A stretch of 64,000 nucleotides of DNA, taken from contig CM060733.1 of the NCBI GenBank assembly GCA_030704615.1, positions 36,332,001-36,396,000 of the forward strand, read 5' to 3'. The notes beneath the pieces are model-generated. The model did no database searches. It saw nothing but the letters and a program-made list of their open reading frames with translations, and was not told the origin of the DNA. Of this stretch, positions 38,326 through 50,531 are shown in pieces; within the stretch, counting starts at the first letter, position 1, and each line of letters opens with the position of its first letter. This DNA is from Takakia lepidozioides (taxonomy: Eukaryota; Plantae; Bryophyta). The translations under genes were made by a program, and so were the position numbers.

Positions 38326-38672
38326 GATAGAAATCCAACGAACACACTGTTGACACAAAACATGAAAACCAAACCATCACTCTTAGAAATAGTAGTCGAG
38401 CCAGGGGCACCCCAAGCTATGGGGACTCCACCCCACAACAACCTGTACCCCTACATAAGCACACTCAAATCTAAACACATGCAGGAGCTCGGTCGCGCAG
38501 GCTCAACTCGAGAAAGATGAGCCGCGCGACTGCCGCTCTCGTGAAGATAAGACGGACCAGGTGTCAAACTAAACTTGACACCTGATTTAACACTTGACCT
38601 AAATCCAAGTGTTAAATACAAATAACTAGTTTTATTCTAGCTGTTTTCACACTGTGCTTATTTAACTTGACA
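38325..38672 (-). repeat. 5' repeat A1 of copy 3 (348 bp, TG...CA)
   Basis: Appears identical to 26761-27108. Confidence 0.95.
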
Positions 38673-38793
38673 AGTGTGAGTGTGCTATAAAAGATCCACA
38701 ATTCTGTTTCTAGAACCTGTTGTGGTCTACATGAGAGACAAGTATGTGGATGTCCTCCTTGTATGGCTGGGGACAATGAGGACGTAATTGAAG

Positions 38794-39590
38794 GAACTAA
38801 TACCTCCAGTAGTTGAGGAAGATGATGATAATGAAGATGGCAGTGATATGCCTGAAGATGATGAGGCTTGGAGAGATGAGAAGGAACTGCACAAGGAAGT
38901 GGCAGATACCATAAGGGAAATGCAGAAGAGTACTGATATTCATGTGGCAGATTCCTCTGATTCTGATGGAGAAGAAGAAGTGAGTGAGGATGAAAGGAAG
39001 AAAGAAGTTGCAGACATGCAAAGTAATGAATGGACTTTGGCTGAAGTAATATGCCAGACCAAAGCAGAGATTACCATTGGGCAGCTATTGGCTATGGCAC
39101 CTTATTGTAGACACAGGCTGTATCAAGCAATCAATCGAATTGCCCAGGAGACAGGAAACACAGACCTGAACAGTAAGGTGACCAGTTATAATGTGAAGCC
39201 GGAAGGGCGAGAAACAGTCATGGACTTTGATGATTCTATGCCAGTAATCCAATTGAGAATTGGAAGCATAGAACTAACTGATGTACTGATAGATGGAGGC
39301 TCTGGAGTAAATATCATGACAGACCAATTAAGGAAGAAGCTTGGTCTAAGTAACATGAAACCAGCCCCATTTACAGTAACAATGGCAGATCAAAGAAGTG
39401 TACATCCATTGGGATTGATAAGAGGAGTTAAGATACAGATACAGAAGATGATCTTTATGATCACAGTAACTGTGTTGAAGATGGATGAAGTCATGGAGGC
39501 TTACTCCTTATTATTGGGACGTCCGTGGCTGAAATAGGCCAGGGTATTCCATGACTGGAATTCTCAGTTACTAACCGTGCATAATGGGAT
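38794..39590 (+). pseudogene. Gag-protease fragment of an unrelated Gypsy element, cut by the CACTA insertion
   Basis: ITIGQLL, VLIDGGSGVNIM, LLLGRPWL. Confidence 0.85.
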
Positions 39591-42500
39591 CACTACAACA
39601 GATTGCGGCTTTTATGACTCCCATGGGTGCGCAGTCACGACCAATTTGTGGCAGAAATGCCATTTGTAGTCGTAAAAATGCCTTTTGAAGTCATAACATA
39701 GATCACGACGAAGCCGGTTATGCGACTGTATGACTCCGAACTTTGCGCAACACAGGTCAAACACCCTTTGACCAGGAATATTGCCATGGTGGATATGACT
39801 ACCAATTAGGGTCATGCCCATACGTGAATGACGTGTGCATATTGCTAGACGGACATATGACTTCATGACTGCCACTCTAATGTATTCTGCCAGATCATCA
39901 CATGTCGTCATGACATGGAGAGTCTGTGACATGGAACAACTTATGAGGTGTCTACATATGATTGGTTAAGTGGCTTTGATATTGTGGTGCGGGGGATGCA
40001 AGTGAAGGGAACGGTTGCACACGAAGCAGCTTAGTAGGCCGTTGGCGCTTTGTGGAGAAGAATGGAACGTGAAGCCAACATGCTAGAGAGGCGATCTGGA
40101 ACCGCATCTGTTTGTGACGTTACGTTCAAATGGCGGCGTGCATTTTAGTGTTTGTTGATTGCCGACAACATCAAAAGCAAGCCTCATACTGCGGAATGAC
40201 AGACGAACAAATGATGCATTCAGGGGATAGATAAATTCATGCAAATCAAAAAATTCACTCATGAGAGTGATGCAAAACATGGGCTCAACAAAAGTCTTTG
40301 GGCAGTGACCAAGAACACCAACAAAATATGAAATCCAATACACTCTAACATATCGCCTTGTGCATGTCGTCCCTGTAGTAGGCCATCCCAGAGCTCCACG
40401 CCGTGTGCTACTGGAATAGAAGCTTGGCAATACGGTCTGTTCCGATCCACCCACTTTGCCATGGGGGGGTTTTCTAAGAATAGGAGAGCCCATGAATTCA
40501 GCTTCTTGTATGATAAAACAACTAAGATAACAGCTCATGTTGTTCTCTCTAATGTACATATCCCCAATGACCTGCCCCAAGCTAGAACAGCAGCAGGATG
40601 ACATCAGGGAATAATGATGTGGTGCAAGGCATGGAACACCTGCAGGGCAGCAACATTGTAGTGTTGAATGTACTGCACCCTGCTTGAGCCATTCACAGAT
40701 GGGGGACTATACAAGTGAGTCGCATGGTGTTAGCTGGGGCATGAGAGAAACTGCCCATAAAATGCATCTACGCAAATAACCCACTCAACCAGCCAGAGCA
40801 TCATCTATGCGGATTGCCAGTTTCTTTTGGGGAAAAATGAAAATATGATAAGTAGGGACCAAGCTTAAAAGCACTCCATTGGTATTCAATGGTCCATAAA
40901 CACGAGCCTGCCCAATATAAGACCCACAAAATCACTGGGGCAATTATGTAATGTAAACTGGAAGGCACATGCACTTTGTCAACAATGTACCCAAAGGCAG
41001 AACTGATGTGTAAATTTGCATGCCGTTCCAAAGTCTATAGTGACATAAATGTCATGACACGTTGCCAGACAGACACGCCATGTAAGTTGGACACCTCCAA
41101 CACCCTGCAAAAAGGACACCCCCAAGGGCAACCCTTAGTGCCAGTCTTATGAATCCCACATTATTCATGAATCAACCGGGATTACATATTCAATTTTGCC
41201 CAATACCACCCTTCATATACTTGAGATAGAGGAAGGCAGTTGGGGGGGAAAGTCATACCTCATTCTAGGTACTAGTACACATCCACATCAACCAACTCCT
41301 CATCACTGGACTTTGAATCTCCATCGCAACTGTCCTCCGTGGGACATGGATGTGCTTCCTCAAATCGCATGTCTCTGTAAAGTGAAGCAACCTCTTCAGG
41401 TGTCACTTGGATGGTCTGGCCCACCCTGTCACTAGCAACATTGGTCTCTTCAATGTGATTGGGGGCTAAGAGGCCTGATACATTTGCAATATCATCGTTG
41501 CAAATGCTCACATCAGAAACAGCCCTGCGTGACCTGGGGTTTTTTTCCAACACCACGTTCCATCTCGGTTCATTCACACACTCAGAGAAAAAAACTTGCT
41601 TGACCTGTGATGGGAGCACAAAAGGCTGTTCAAGTGGAGGCAGCAAGTGGGAGAAATTCACCAATGTGAAGCCAGACTCATCCTGCTTCATTGACACAGG
41701 CTGAGAGCCCACACGTCGTGCACGTACCCATGAACACAATAGCACCGTGGTGTTTGTGGAGCCATAATCCAATTATAAAATCTCCTTTATGACACCCACA
41801 TACCGTACGCTTTCCACCACCTGCTCACGGTCAATGCAAGTACTGTCATGCTGGAAAACAGTAGAGACCCCCGAGTCATATGTCACAAAGGGGCTGTTGA
41901 ATCCATCTGAAGTAACCCTGAAGTGGTTTCCATAAGCCGACATGCTCTTGTATGATGTTGCGATTACTGATGGGGGTTTGGACATGTCCAACAATTCCTT
42001 GCAGGCTGAATCAGTAGTATGGTTGGCAACACTTGACACATGCTGGCGGACTGCTTTTACCAGCCATTCTGCAAAGTGAGGGAGAGCACGGATCTTGTTC
42101 TGGTTAGTAGCATTTTCAGTCTCCAACTTGCATTTCTCCACCTCATAGGACCTGCCAACACACGCACAACCACAGAAATTTATCTAGTGCAACCCCTGCA
42201 GCCGATGGAAGAACTACTGCACACACACCTATACAAAGCATACCCATGCATAGCAGGTACCAGAACGTTTGCCACTTACCCCAACATAATGCTCAAACTG
42301 GGATGGTTGTGAATGACGTAGTCGTGGACAAGCTGCAACAATTCGAGGGTCAACCTCCGTGGTCGACCAACTCCTTCCAATACCCAGCCCGACACTGATT
42401 CCTCCTCTCCTGCATCCCACACTCTCCGCCTAGTAGCATCAACAGAAGACAAGTACTCTGTACAAAATCCCAATGCCTCGTCAAACACGTAGCCCTCCGC

Positions 42501-45500
42501 CATACTGCCCTCAGGCTTCGCCAAGTTTCGCACATACCCTTTAAAATCCTTCATTGCTCTCTCCACCGGGTACATCCACCGAGAAGCTACAGGTCCACAC
42601 AAATCCACCTCATCCACCAAGTGGATAAGTAAATGTGTCATAACATCAAAAAATGAGGGTGGGAACTCTTTCTCCAGAAGACAAAGAGTCACTGCCACCT
42701 CCTTCTTCAATTCCTCATGCTCGGTGGGATCAATGAATTTTGCACAAAGCTTGCAAAACACACGGGGACACTCTTAGTATGGCATTGCAAACCCCAGGCG
42801 CCATCAACCCACGTAGAGCAAGTGGGAGGATCTGTTGCATTAGCATGTGATAATCATGTGACTTCAATTGGCTCAACTTTTGTTTGACCACATGTTTTTT
42901 GAAAGCAGAGGCATAGCCAGTGGGTACTTTCAGATTCGTGATAATCTCCAGGAACACCCGCTGCTCTGGTTTTGTGAGCACATATGGCGCATCAGGCATT
43001 ACCAATGTATCCACTCTGGTGGGATGGCGTCGTAACCAAAGAGGCTTTCGAATGCCCTGCAATTCCATATCGCGGTGAACTTGCATCGTGTCCTTCTCGC
43101 CGAAAATAGTCTTGATTATGTTCTCCGTCACGTTCTTCTCGCAATGCATGGTATCGAAAGTGTGGCGGATGATAAGATGCTGCACCATGTGGTCTAACAA
43201 ATTAGGCACATTGCAATGCAGTCATGAATGATGTTTACAACACAGGTTCAGTAAACAAACAATCATGCACAATGAAAAACCAATGCACTGTTTTGTTACC
43301 AAAACACATGTGTGGTAATCGCACCTCCCAGTAAGGCAAGTCAAACAGAATGGACAATCGTTTTACGCCATGGAGCTTGGAGGGATCGTTCTGTGCACCT
43401 ACAGTCCCACCATCATCAATCCATTGTTTGTAATGTCGTGCACGCTCCTTGATTTCGGTGGCTGTCACTGTATGTGGAGCAGGTCTCATGTCTCGCGCCC
43501 CATTAAAAAGTCTGGATCTTCTATAGGCATGATTGTGGGGAAGATAGCGTCGATGCCCCTGGAATATCAATTTCTTACAAGCTGGGGAATATCTGGAATC
43601 GACTTGAGGTCCACATGCTGGACAAGCAGAGTACCCTTGGTGAACCTGACCTGATAACAAGCCATAGGCGGGGAAGTCATGTATGGACCACATGAGGACT
43701 GCACGCATGTTAAAAGCCCGCTCTCCTTCAATGGCTGCCACATCCATGGCTGCAACTCCCACCCACAATGTCGTTAGCTCCTCCACTAGTGGTTGCAGGT
43801 AAACATCCACATTTTCACTTGTCACAGATTCCTTTCCAGGAATGAGGAGTGTTAACATGACAAAAAATTTCTTCGTTACCAACCATGGAGGTAGATTATA
43901 ATTGAGCACCATGATGGGCCAGTTGGACCAAGAAGTGGATTTGGTGCCATAAGGATTGACCCCATCCAGTGCCAATCCAAGATGCAGATTTCTTGGATCT
44001 GAAGCAAAATCCGGCCATGTGTTGTCAATATGGCACCAAGCCTTACTGTCTGCAGCATGCCGGACCATGCCATCTGCACTTCTATGATTGTTGTGCCACT
44101 TCATGAGCTCTGCCAGCGTCTTAACTCGAAACATCCGTTTCAATCTAGGTATGAGAGGAAAGTATTGCAACACCTTCTTGGGCACCTTCCCACGGTCGTC
44201 CATGTATCGACGACTATGGCACTTGGGGCAATTAGCAGCCTTTTTGAGGTCTCCACGAAACAATACACATCCACGCTCACAGGCATGGATCTGTTTGTAT
44301 CCTAGACCCATCATGGCGATCATATTTTTGGCCTCATACTGCGATTTGGGCAAGGTGTTTTGTTTGGGCAAAATCTCCAGCCTCAACAATGAAAATAACT
44401 CATCCACAAATGCGTTGGTACATCTGTGAGTGGCGCAAGAATTGAGCAACATCAATGTGGCAGTCAATCGGTTGTGAACGCTCCCATCGTATAAGGGGAT
44501 TTGGGACTCTCGCATGAGTTTTCCATGGTGAAGATCATTTGGCGCGCCTGCTTCTTCTCCGCCCATATTTTCCCCATCAGGCATTTCAGAGGGATTTGCG
44601 CCATTCTCAACAGCCTCATCATTGTCCAAGTGAAGGGCATTTGGGGCAGGTGTGGGATTCTCCCGGAGGGTATCTGATATTTCAAATGCATCTTGCACAG
44701 CACGGGCAATCTGGCCCCGTAGCCCATTGCCGTCTTGTCCATCCAAATTGACGTCGTTTGCAACACTCTCTAGGCTACATTCAGCCTCCACTTCAGAGTC
44801 GGATGTAATGTAGCCCTGTGAACGCAAATGAAATCATAAATTGGGATACGATGAACAGGCTTTTTTCAAAACTCCCAGATTATGAAATTTCATTTAAACA
44901 CTGTCATGTAAGCAAACACTTTGTAGAATTGCACTAGTTCAATACAGGTGAATGCTACAAGTCTCCCCCACACTTGCAAATCAGGAGATGAAATTGGTCG
45001 GCCACAGACTTCATTTCGAAGCAGCTTGTGGAGCTCAGACACAAACACAAATGAAAACTACTCTCATATAATACGGCAAAGTAGGAACACAGTTTTCATC
45101 GAAAAACAAAACAAACATACCCTCTATGATAGAGAGAGACATCCCCACATACAGACAGCTATCTGCACAGACCAACAAAGTGAAAGCTCTCAACAAATAT
45201 GCCCAAGTGGGCAGTGCGTTGAAGGCATGACACATGGCAACAAACTGCCAAAAGCCCAAAATGCATATTGCCTTCACACATGGTAGTCAACAACGACCAT
45301 GTACTCATGACCCTGACTACATGACTCCAGTACAACCAATGGAAGAACACCACGTAGTTGAAATGTCCATGATCCACGGTCATGAAGTCATGGACATGAC
45401 TACTCTGACGCACTACCGACTACATGACTCCATCACTACGACTCCATGACTCCAATACATCCAACGGAAGAACGACACGTAGTTCGGACTCCAGTCACTC

Positions 45501-46121
45501 CCACGACTGTCCAAAATGCGGACATGCGCGGGCGTGCTGCGAGCATGTCAGAGTGCGTGCGTTGTGCAAGCCGTACCGGGACTGTACACTGTCGAAGGTT
45601 TGGGTCCCTCCCATACTTTGTTAGGTGTTTTTTGGCCATCGGTAGAAACTGCGAGATCCCTCCATGGCATATTTTGCAGTTGCACAATATTTTGTGGTTG
45701 CACAATATTTTGCGGTGCCCTTGTGCAATGGCATGCGCCTCCTCTAGTCGCCACAGTTTCTCATCTTTCCTGTGCACACGGAGTCGTTGAGCTGTTAGCC
45801 AAAACCCCGCTCTCGTTGTATACATTGTTCTTACACAGGGGGTGTGCAAGGGTCTTTGCAGCTGATGTCAGACTGCCATGGTCAGGCCCTCCCCGTGTGG
45901 TCCTCTAACTGCGTATGAGAAGCTAAGGGAGACCTGCATTGCTCGCAACAAAGAGGTTGAGGCGGAGTTGTTTGGTTCGCACCCACTGTGAGTATATTGA
46001 GAGGCGGCTCACCCTAGTGTTGTGGCCTAAATCTCGCAGGAGAGCATTCCACCTCAACCGGAGTGCTCAACTGACCCGAATACTTTAGTTTGGGGTTGTC
46101 AGACATCGCATTGCAGGGGCT
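39591..46121 (-). mobile_element. CACTA (En/Spm) DNA transposon; other end displaced by copy 4
   Basis: CACTACAACA terminus at 39591, ATGAC-rich subterminal region, transposase gene on the - strand. Confidence 0.9.
41272..45830 (-). pseudogene. CACTA transposase (transposase-associated, Tnp2/Transposase_21, DUF4218 and DUF4216-like parts), intron-containing
   Basis: KILCNCKIC...KKHL; LALDGVNPY; HDFPAYG; DTMHCEKN; LKSHDYH; RWMYPVER; EQPFVLPSQVKQVFF. Confidence 0.9.
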
Positions 46122-46470
46122 TGTCAAGTTAAATAAGCACAGTGTGAAAACAGCTAGAATAAAACTAGTTATTTGTATTTAACACTTGGATTTAGGTCAA
46201 GTGTTAAATCAGGTGTCAAGTTTAGTTTGACACCTGGTCCGTCTTATCTTCACGAGAGCGGCAATCGCGCAGCTCATCTCTCTCGAGTTGAGCCTGTGCA
46301 ACCGAGCTCCTGCATGCGTTTAGATCTGAGTGTACTCATGATGGGAGTGTAGGTTGTTGTGGGGTGGAGTCCCCATAGCTTGGGGTGCCCCTGGCTCGAC
46401 TACTATTTCTAAGAGTGATGGTTTGGTTTTCATGTTTTGTGTCAACAGTGTGTTCGTTGGTTGTTTATCA
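46122..46470 (+). repeat. 5' repeat A1 of copy 4
   Basis: TGTCAAG...TTTATCA, homologous to 7823-8170, with no B repeat in front of it. Confidence 0.95.
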
Positions 46471-46486
46471 CTCGAGAGAGATGAGC
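46470..46486 (+). other. Self-complementary primer-binding site of copy 4
   Basis: ACTCGAGAGAGATGAGC is the exact reverse complement of 46272-46288. Confidence 0.85.
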
Positions 46487-47542
46487 CATCTAGTTTTCTA
46501 GTGCTAAGCTAGATATGATGTTTTTTTTAGCACTATTATAATATAACTTGGTAATCTATGAGTCCAAGAGATATGCAGATCCCCACATTCTTCTATTTTC
46601 TCTGCGGGTTCTTGCACTGTTGGGGAAGTCGGGTCTTTTCGTCTGTCCAAGGCTCTCAACCACAAGTATGCGTCTCATTCAAGCTATGCTAGGGACTCAA
46701 TCTTGGAGCTGACAGCCGCTGCCGTGTTTTTGAGGCTATGAGCGAATCAGTTTGTAGTTTGCTACGACGTCTTCAGAAGGGCCTGCGTCAGGTTGTACTT
46801 GTGGGGAAATCTTGATCAATCTGCTTTGAGGTCCGTGGAGCAGCCCTAAGCAGTGGCGACAGGAGAGTTCTTGTCTGCCACATCCTTCCGCGGTGAGGAG
46901 ATGGGGACGATGCAGAAGATTTTGTTGCAGGGAAGAGAATGGCGTAGCCAGACTGAATGAAGCAGAGGAAGCGACGTGGAGGGGATGACATTGAGACGGC
47001 AACAGAGGCTCAGCTGTGGAGGCAGTTCACATTAGCAACGTGGCTTTACCGAATACAGCAGCTTTCTGGACAAGATGCTTGCGAGGTTGTAGGGGTCAGC
47101 TGCAAATGCTAAATGCCACTCTGTTCACTTGCAGGTAGCTTCTGCGACAATCTAGTACAAACAACATGCACAATTGTAGCAGAAGGATGGTCAGATGAGT
47201 TCTCCAGGAAAGCTCTGAAATGCACAGGACCATTTCTGCTCCGTCTAATGGGTATGCTGTGTCTGTTGCAGCCAAAGCTGTGACAAGCAGATTGTAGGCA
47301 GATCACCTTCACCTGCATGTGGTTTCATGTGCTCTTTGGAGACTTGTGTCTCTGTTCCTTATGAAAGGGCTGTTGCTATGGATTGCGACTGGTGATGCTC
47401 AGTTGAGTAAAGGAACGAAGTTCACTCCTCCGATGTTTTTGTGTGCAACCTAGTCTGTAATTGGTGCCAACCTGGCTTAGGGGGCAGCTGGCTTGTAGCT
47501 GAGGTGAAGAGCCGGTTGAATGCGGCCATTGGGGGCTCTACC

Positions 47543-47974
47543 CACATTCTCCATACACTCAAAGGTCCCAGCAGTAACGGGCTCCACAATCAATGCGTCC
47601 TTGAGCTTTCCATCATCATCTTTTTGAAAGCAGTGAGCCAAGCCTAACACAATATAGTCATCGTCATTCCAGTCCGGGTCTTCTCCCACGGCAAAAGCCT
47701 TGGCAATCGCACAGGAAGGTTTTAGACTGTGCCTGGCAGGTTTAGAAAAACAGACAGAGGTTCCCGTCAGTGACGGCTCTACAAAAGGAGAGCGAGAAAG
47801 ACGACTTCATGTGGATGATGAAGCTGGCTCTCCAAGTAAGCCCTCCGTCAAGTGAACTGCATCTACTGGAGCTCGGCTCGACGAAGCCTTTGCTGACGAT
47901 GCCTCTCTGTTGGAGATGGCGTCTACCGCCAAACCAGTTTTCAAAGCCTTCGAGTAACCTGCTACAAACGCCAT
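47543..47974 (-). pseudogene. Captured 5' part of a host gene for a probable plastid-targeted, cyanobacterial-like protein
   Basis: ATG at 47974, Ser/Ala/Arg-rich transit-like region with one TGA, in frame with DDDYIVLGLAHCFQKDDDGKLKDALIVEPVTAGTFECMEN. Confidence 0.7.
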
Positions 47975-49235
47975 CGAAACAGCTACAGCCAGGAAGCGAA
48001 GCGAAGAAGACAAAAGACGTTGATGAGTGTAGAAGGATAGCTTAGAAACTGATGGAAAAGGCCGAGGTGGGCTGTCACAGGTATTCGCCATACAGGTGAG
48101 TGGGCTCCGTGAAGACCTCCAAAAAAAAAAAAACAAAAAAAACAAAACATGCCGGCACCTGTGCACTGCAGAAAAGCAATGGAGAAGGGAGCAGTTTTTA
48201 ATGGCGAGAAAGTTTTGGTGTTAAAAAAAAAAAATGATTTTAAAAAAAAAACCATTTTGATCTAATTTAAATGATTTAGAGCCTGGTTGGTCATATCTTT
48301 GTCAAATGAGCTCCGTTTGACTCAGTTCTTGAGGGGATAGCTGCAGAAAGGGGAAATCTACCTATCTAGACCTGGTTTTTGTTTTTGGGACTCTGCTAAA
48401 ATCTATGGAATTTTTTGAGTGTGAGTGTGCCACGAAATATCCACAATCCTGTTTCTAGAACCTGTGCTGGTCTATATGAGAGACAAACCTGTGGATGTAC
48501 TCCTTGTATGGCTGGGGGGAAATGAGGACGTAATTGAAGGGCAGGTCTCTTCTCTTAGCCTGTGCACACAAGGGGACAGGATTTATGTTTCCCAAGGAAC
48601 TCAGATTGATTTGAGTGGAGAATAGTTGGACGAGTTGATTGCATACTGGGAGTCAGGCATTAGCAGTTGACAACAGACTGCTGTAGTTGGCATTGAGGGC
48701 CTCAATATCGCCTTGGACAGTCAGAACTCTGTTGGAGCCAGCAGTTCTCCAGCTGTAGGTGAAATACCAAAGTGGGTGAAAGCTAGGCTTGGAACACAGC
48801 CAAAGACAGCCCCGGGGACCAAGGTGTTCAGCCACAAGGCCGTGGTGTACTGGAGCAGAGGAGCAGGAGCTACACAAGTTTGTGCAATCAGACATGGTTG
48901 CAGCCGGACACGCTCTGCACAAGGTAACCACGAGCGGGGGTTCATTGACAATGACAAGTTTGTTTTGCTTGAAGGAGATGCAGTCATTCGCAATGTGGAC
49001 ACGAGTTGATAGACTATCAGACCCTACCTTTGTTTTCTTTAATGTTCAGTGAGCGGGAGATAGGGGAGTATTGCTTTGTCTCTACCTGGCAGAAAGAGGA
49101 GGAGGGTTGGTTAGAGCGAGCTACTGTAGCTTGGGACAAGGTTAGTGGCAGGTTTCTGGACATAGATATACCTCCTACACCTTACCATCATGCAGAGCGA
49201 GGCACTTTGAGAGAAGTCTGGAAGTTGATAGCATA

Positions 49236-49611
49236 GTGGCAGTCTTGACCCTCAAATCCGAGGATCCCTCTGCCACTACACCTTCCACTAACTCCGCAGA
49301 AGATGAAATGACCTCCCCACTCTCACAGAGTGTTGCTGCTAGTCTGAACACTGCAGCTGGCCTTACCCCCGGCGTCGCAATCATTGTGGCCGAGAACAGT
49401 GGGGCCTGACACACAGAGGTGGCTGCCCCCAATAACACACCGGCCGCACTAGCCTTGGCAGCATGAGTCAATGCTGCACGTGTAGCTCTCCCCAATGGCA
49501 TAGTAACCTCCGCCTCGGTAACAGTCGGGCGAGAACTAGGTGCCATGGATGGCGTCGATACAGTCTCCGCCAATGTGAATGACTGAGAAAGCCTCGCCTG
49601 ACGGCTTGCCT
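49236..49611 (-). repeat. Antisense gag copy in the leader of copy 4
   Basis: Forms an inverted repeat with 52228-52602. Confidence 0.95.
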
Positions 49612-49764
49612 GGAGTGATGACCAGCAAGACCACCAGTGTTTCTCTATGGTGAGGCTGGGTTGATGACCAGCCAACCATAGGAGTTCTTGCGGTGGATGC
49701 AGGTGCAGGTGCCCTGAGCCATTGGGATATGACCCTTAAACTGCAACAGGTGCCCACCCGTGTC

Positions 49765-50491
49765 TGTCGCGGCCCTTTGCCTTGAGGGCAGGGGGTCGGG
49801 AAACATGAGGGGCTGCCCCTGTGGTGGGGGCAGCGGCAGCGATAGGTATGGGGGGCTGAGGCACCCTTGAGTGCCCACGGCACTCAGGGAAGCGGAGGCG
49901 CTCACTAGGTGGAGCCCCGCACACCGGGTTGCGGTGGGGGTGGCTCCACAAGGGGTGGTGGTAGCTTAGTGGGACTTAGTGGGGGGTGGCATAGGACTCA
50001 CCATGGGGGCGGAGACCTCGTGGTGGGAGTCGTGGGGAGTCTTGGGACTCATCACGGTCCATAGGGGCCGTGGTGAGCGGCCAAGACTCACCGCGACTCA
50101 CCACCGGGAATCGAGGGTCTTCGTGGTGGTTCGCCATAAAATGGCATGGCTGGTTGTGAAACCCCCGCGGACAGCTACAGAAGTATATATAAGGAGTAGT
50201 AACCCCGAGAACGGTGCAAGCCCGTTGGTGACCAAAAGCTAGTGAGTAAGCGAGCGAGCCGGAAAGCGACCAAAGAGTGGGGAGCTGTTCCGGACTGCCA
50301 TCTACCAAAGGGAATTCTCCTAGTCCCAATTAGGTGGAGGGTTTTAGAGGGAAGCAAAAGGGGACCGTTATGTCCCGGTGAGCAGCCGAAGCTCCAAGTT
50401 GGCCCGGGCGGCCAGGTTGGGAGTCAGGCGCGCGCATCAAAGCGAGTAACTATGACTTGAAGGGGAGTTTACCGAAGTGGGGTGCGCGACA
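49765..50491. mobile_element. Solo LTR (727 bp) of another family inserted in copy 4
   Basis: TGTCGCG...CGCGACA termini, 5-bp TSD GTGTC (49760-49764 and 50492-50496), absent at the homologous site 1626-1630, TATATATAA at about 50184. Confidence 0.92.
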
Positions 50492-50531
50492 GTGTCACTA
50501 TTAGATTAGTACTAGAACCTTATAGTGTCAC

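Larger units (their letters stand above)
26675..38672 (-). mobile_element. DNMT/PHD Gypsy copy 3, complete (about 12.0 kb), split direct repeats, 4-bp TSD
   Basis: AGTG at 26671-26674 and 38673-38676. A homologous empty site is seen at 272-300. The two A repeats appear identical. Confidence 0.95.

Noticed and set aside
26675-38672. DIRS/PAT/Ngaro tyrosine-recombinase element
   Set aside because: It encodes a protease and a DDE integrase, has a PPT and a TSD, and no recombinase motif was recognised.
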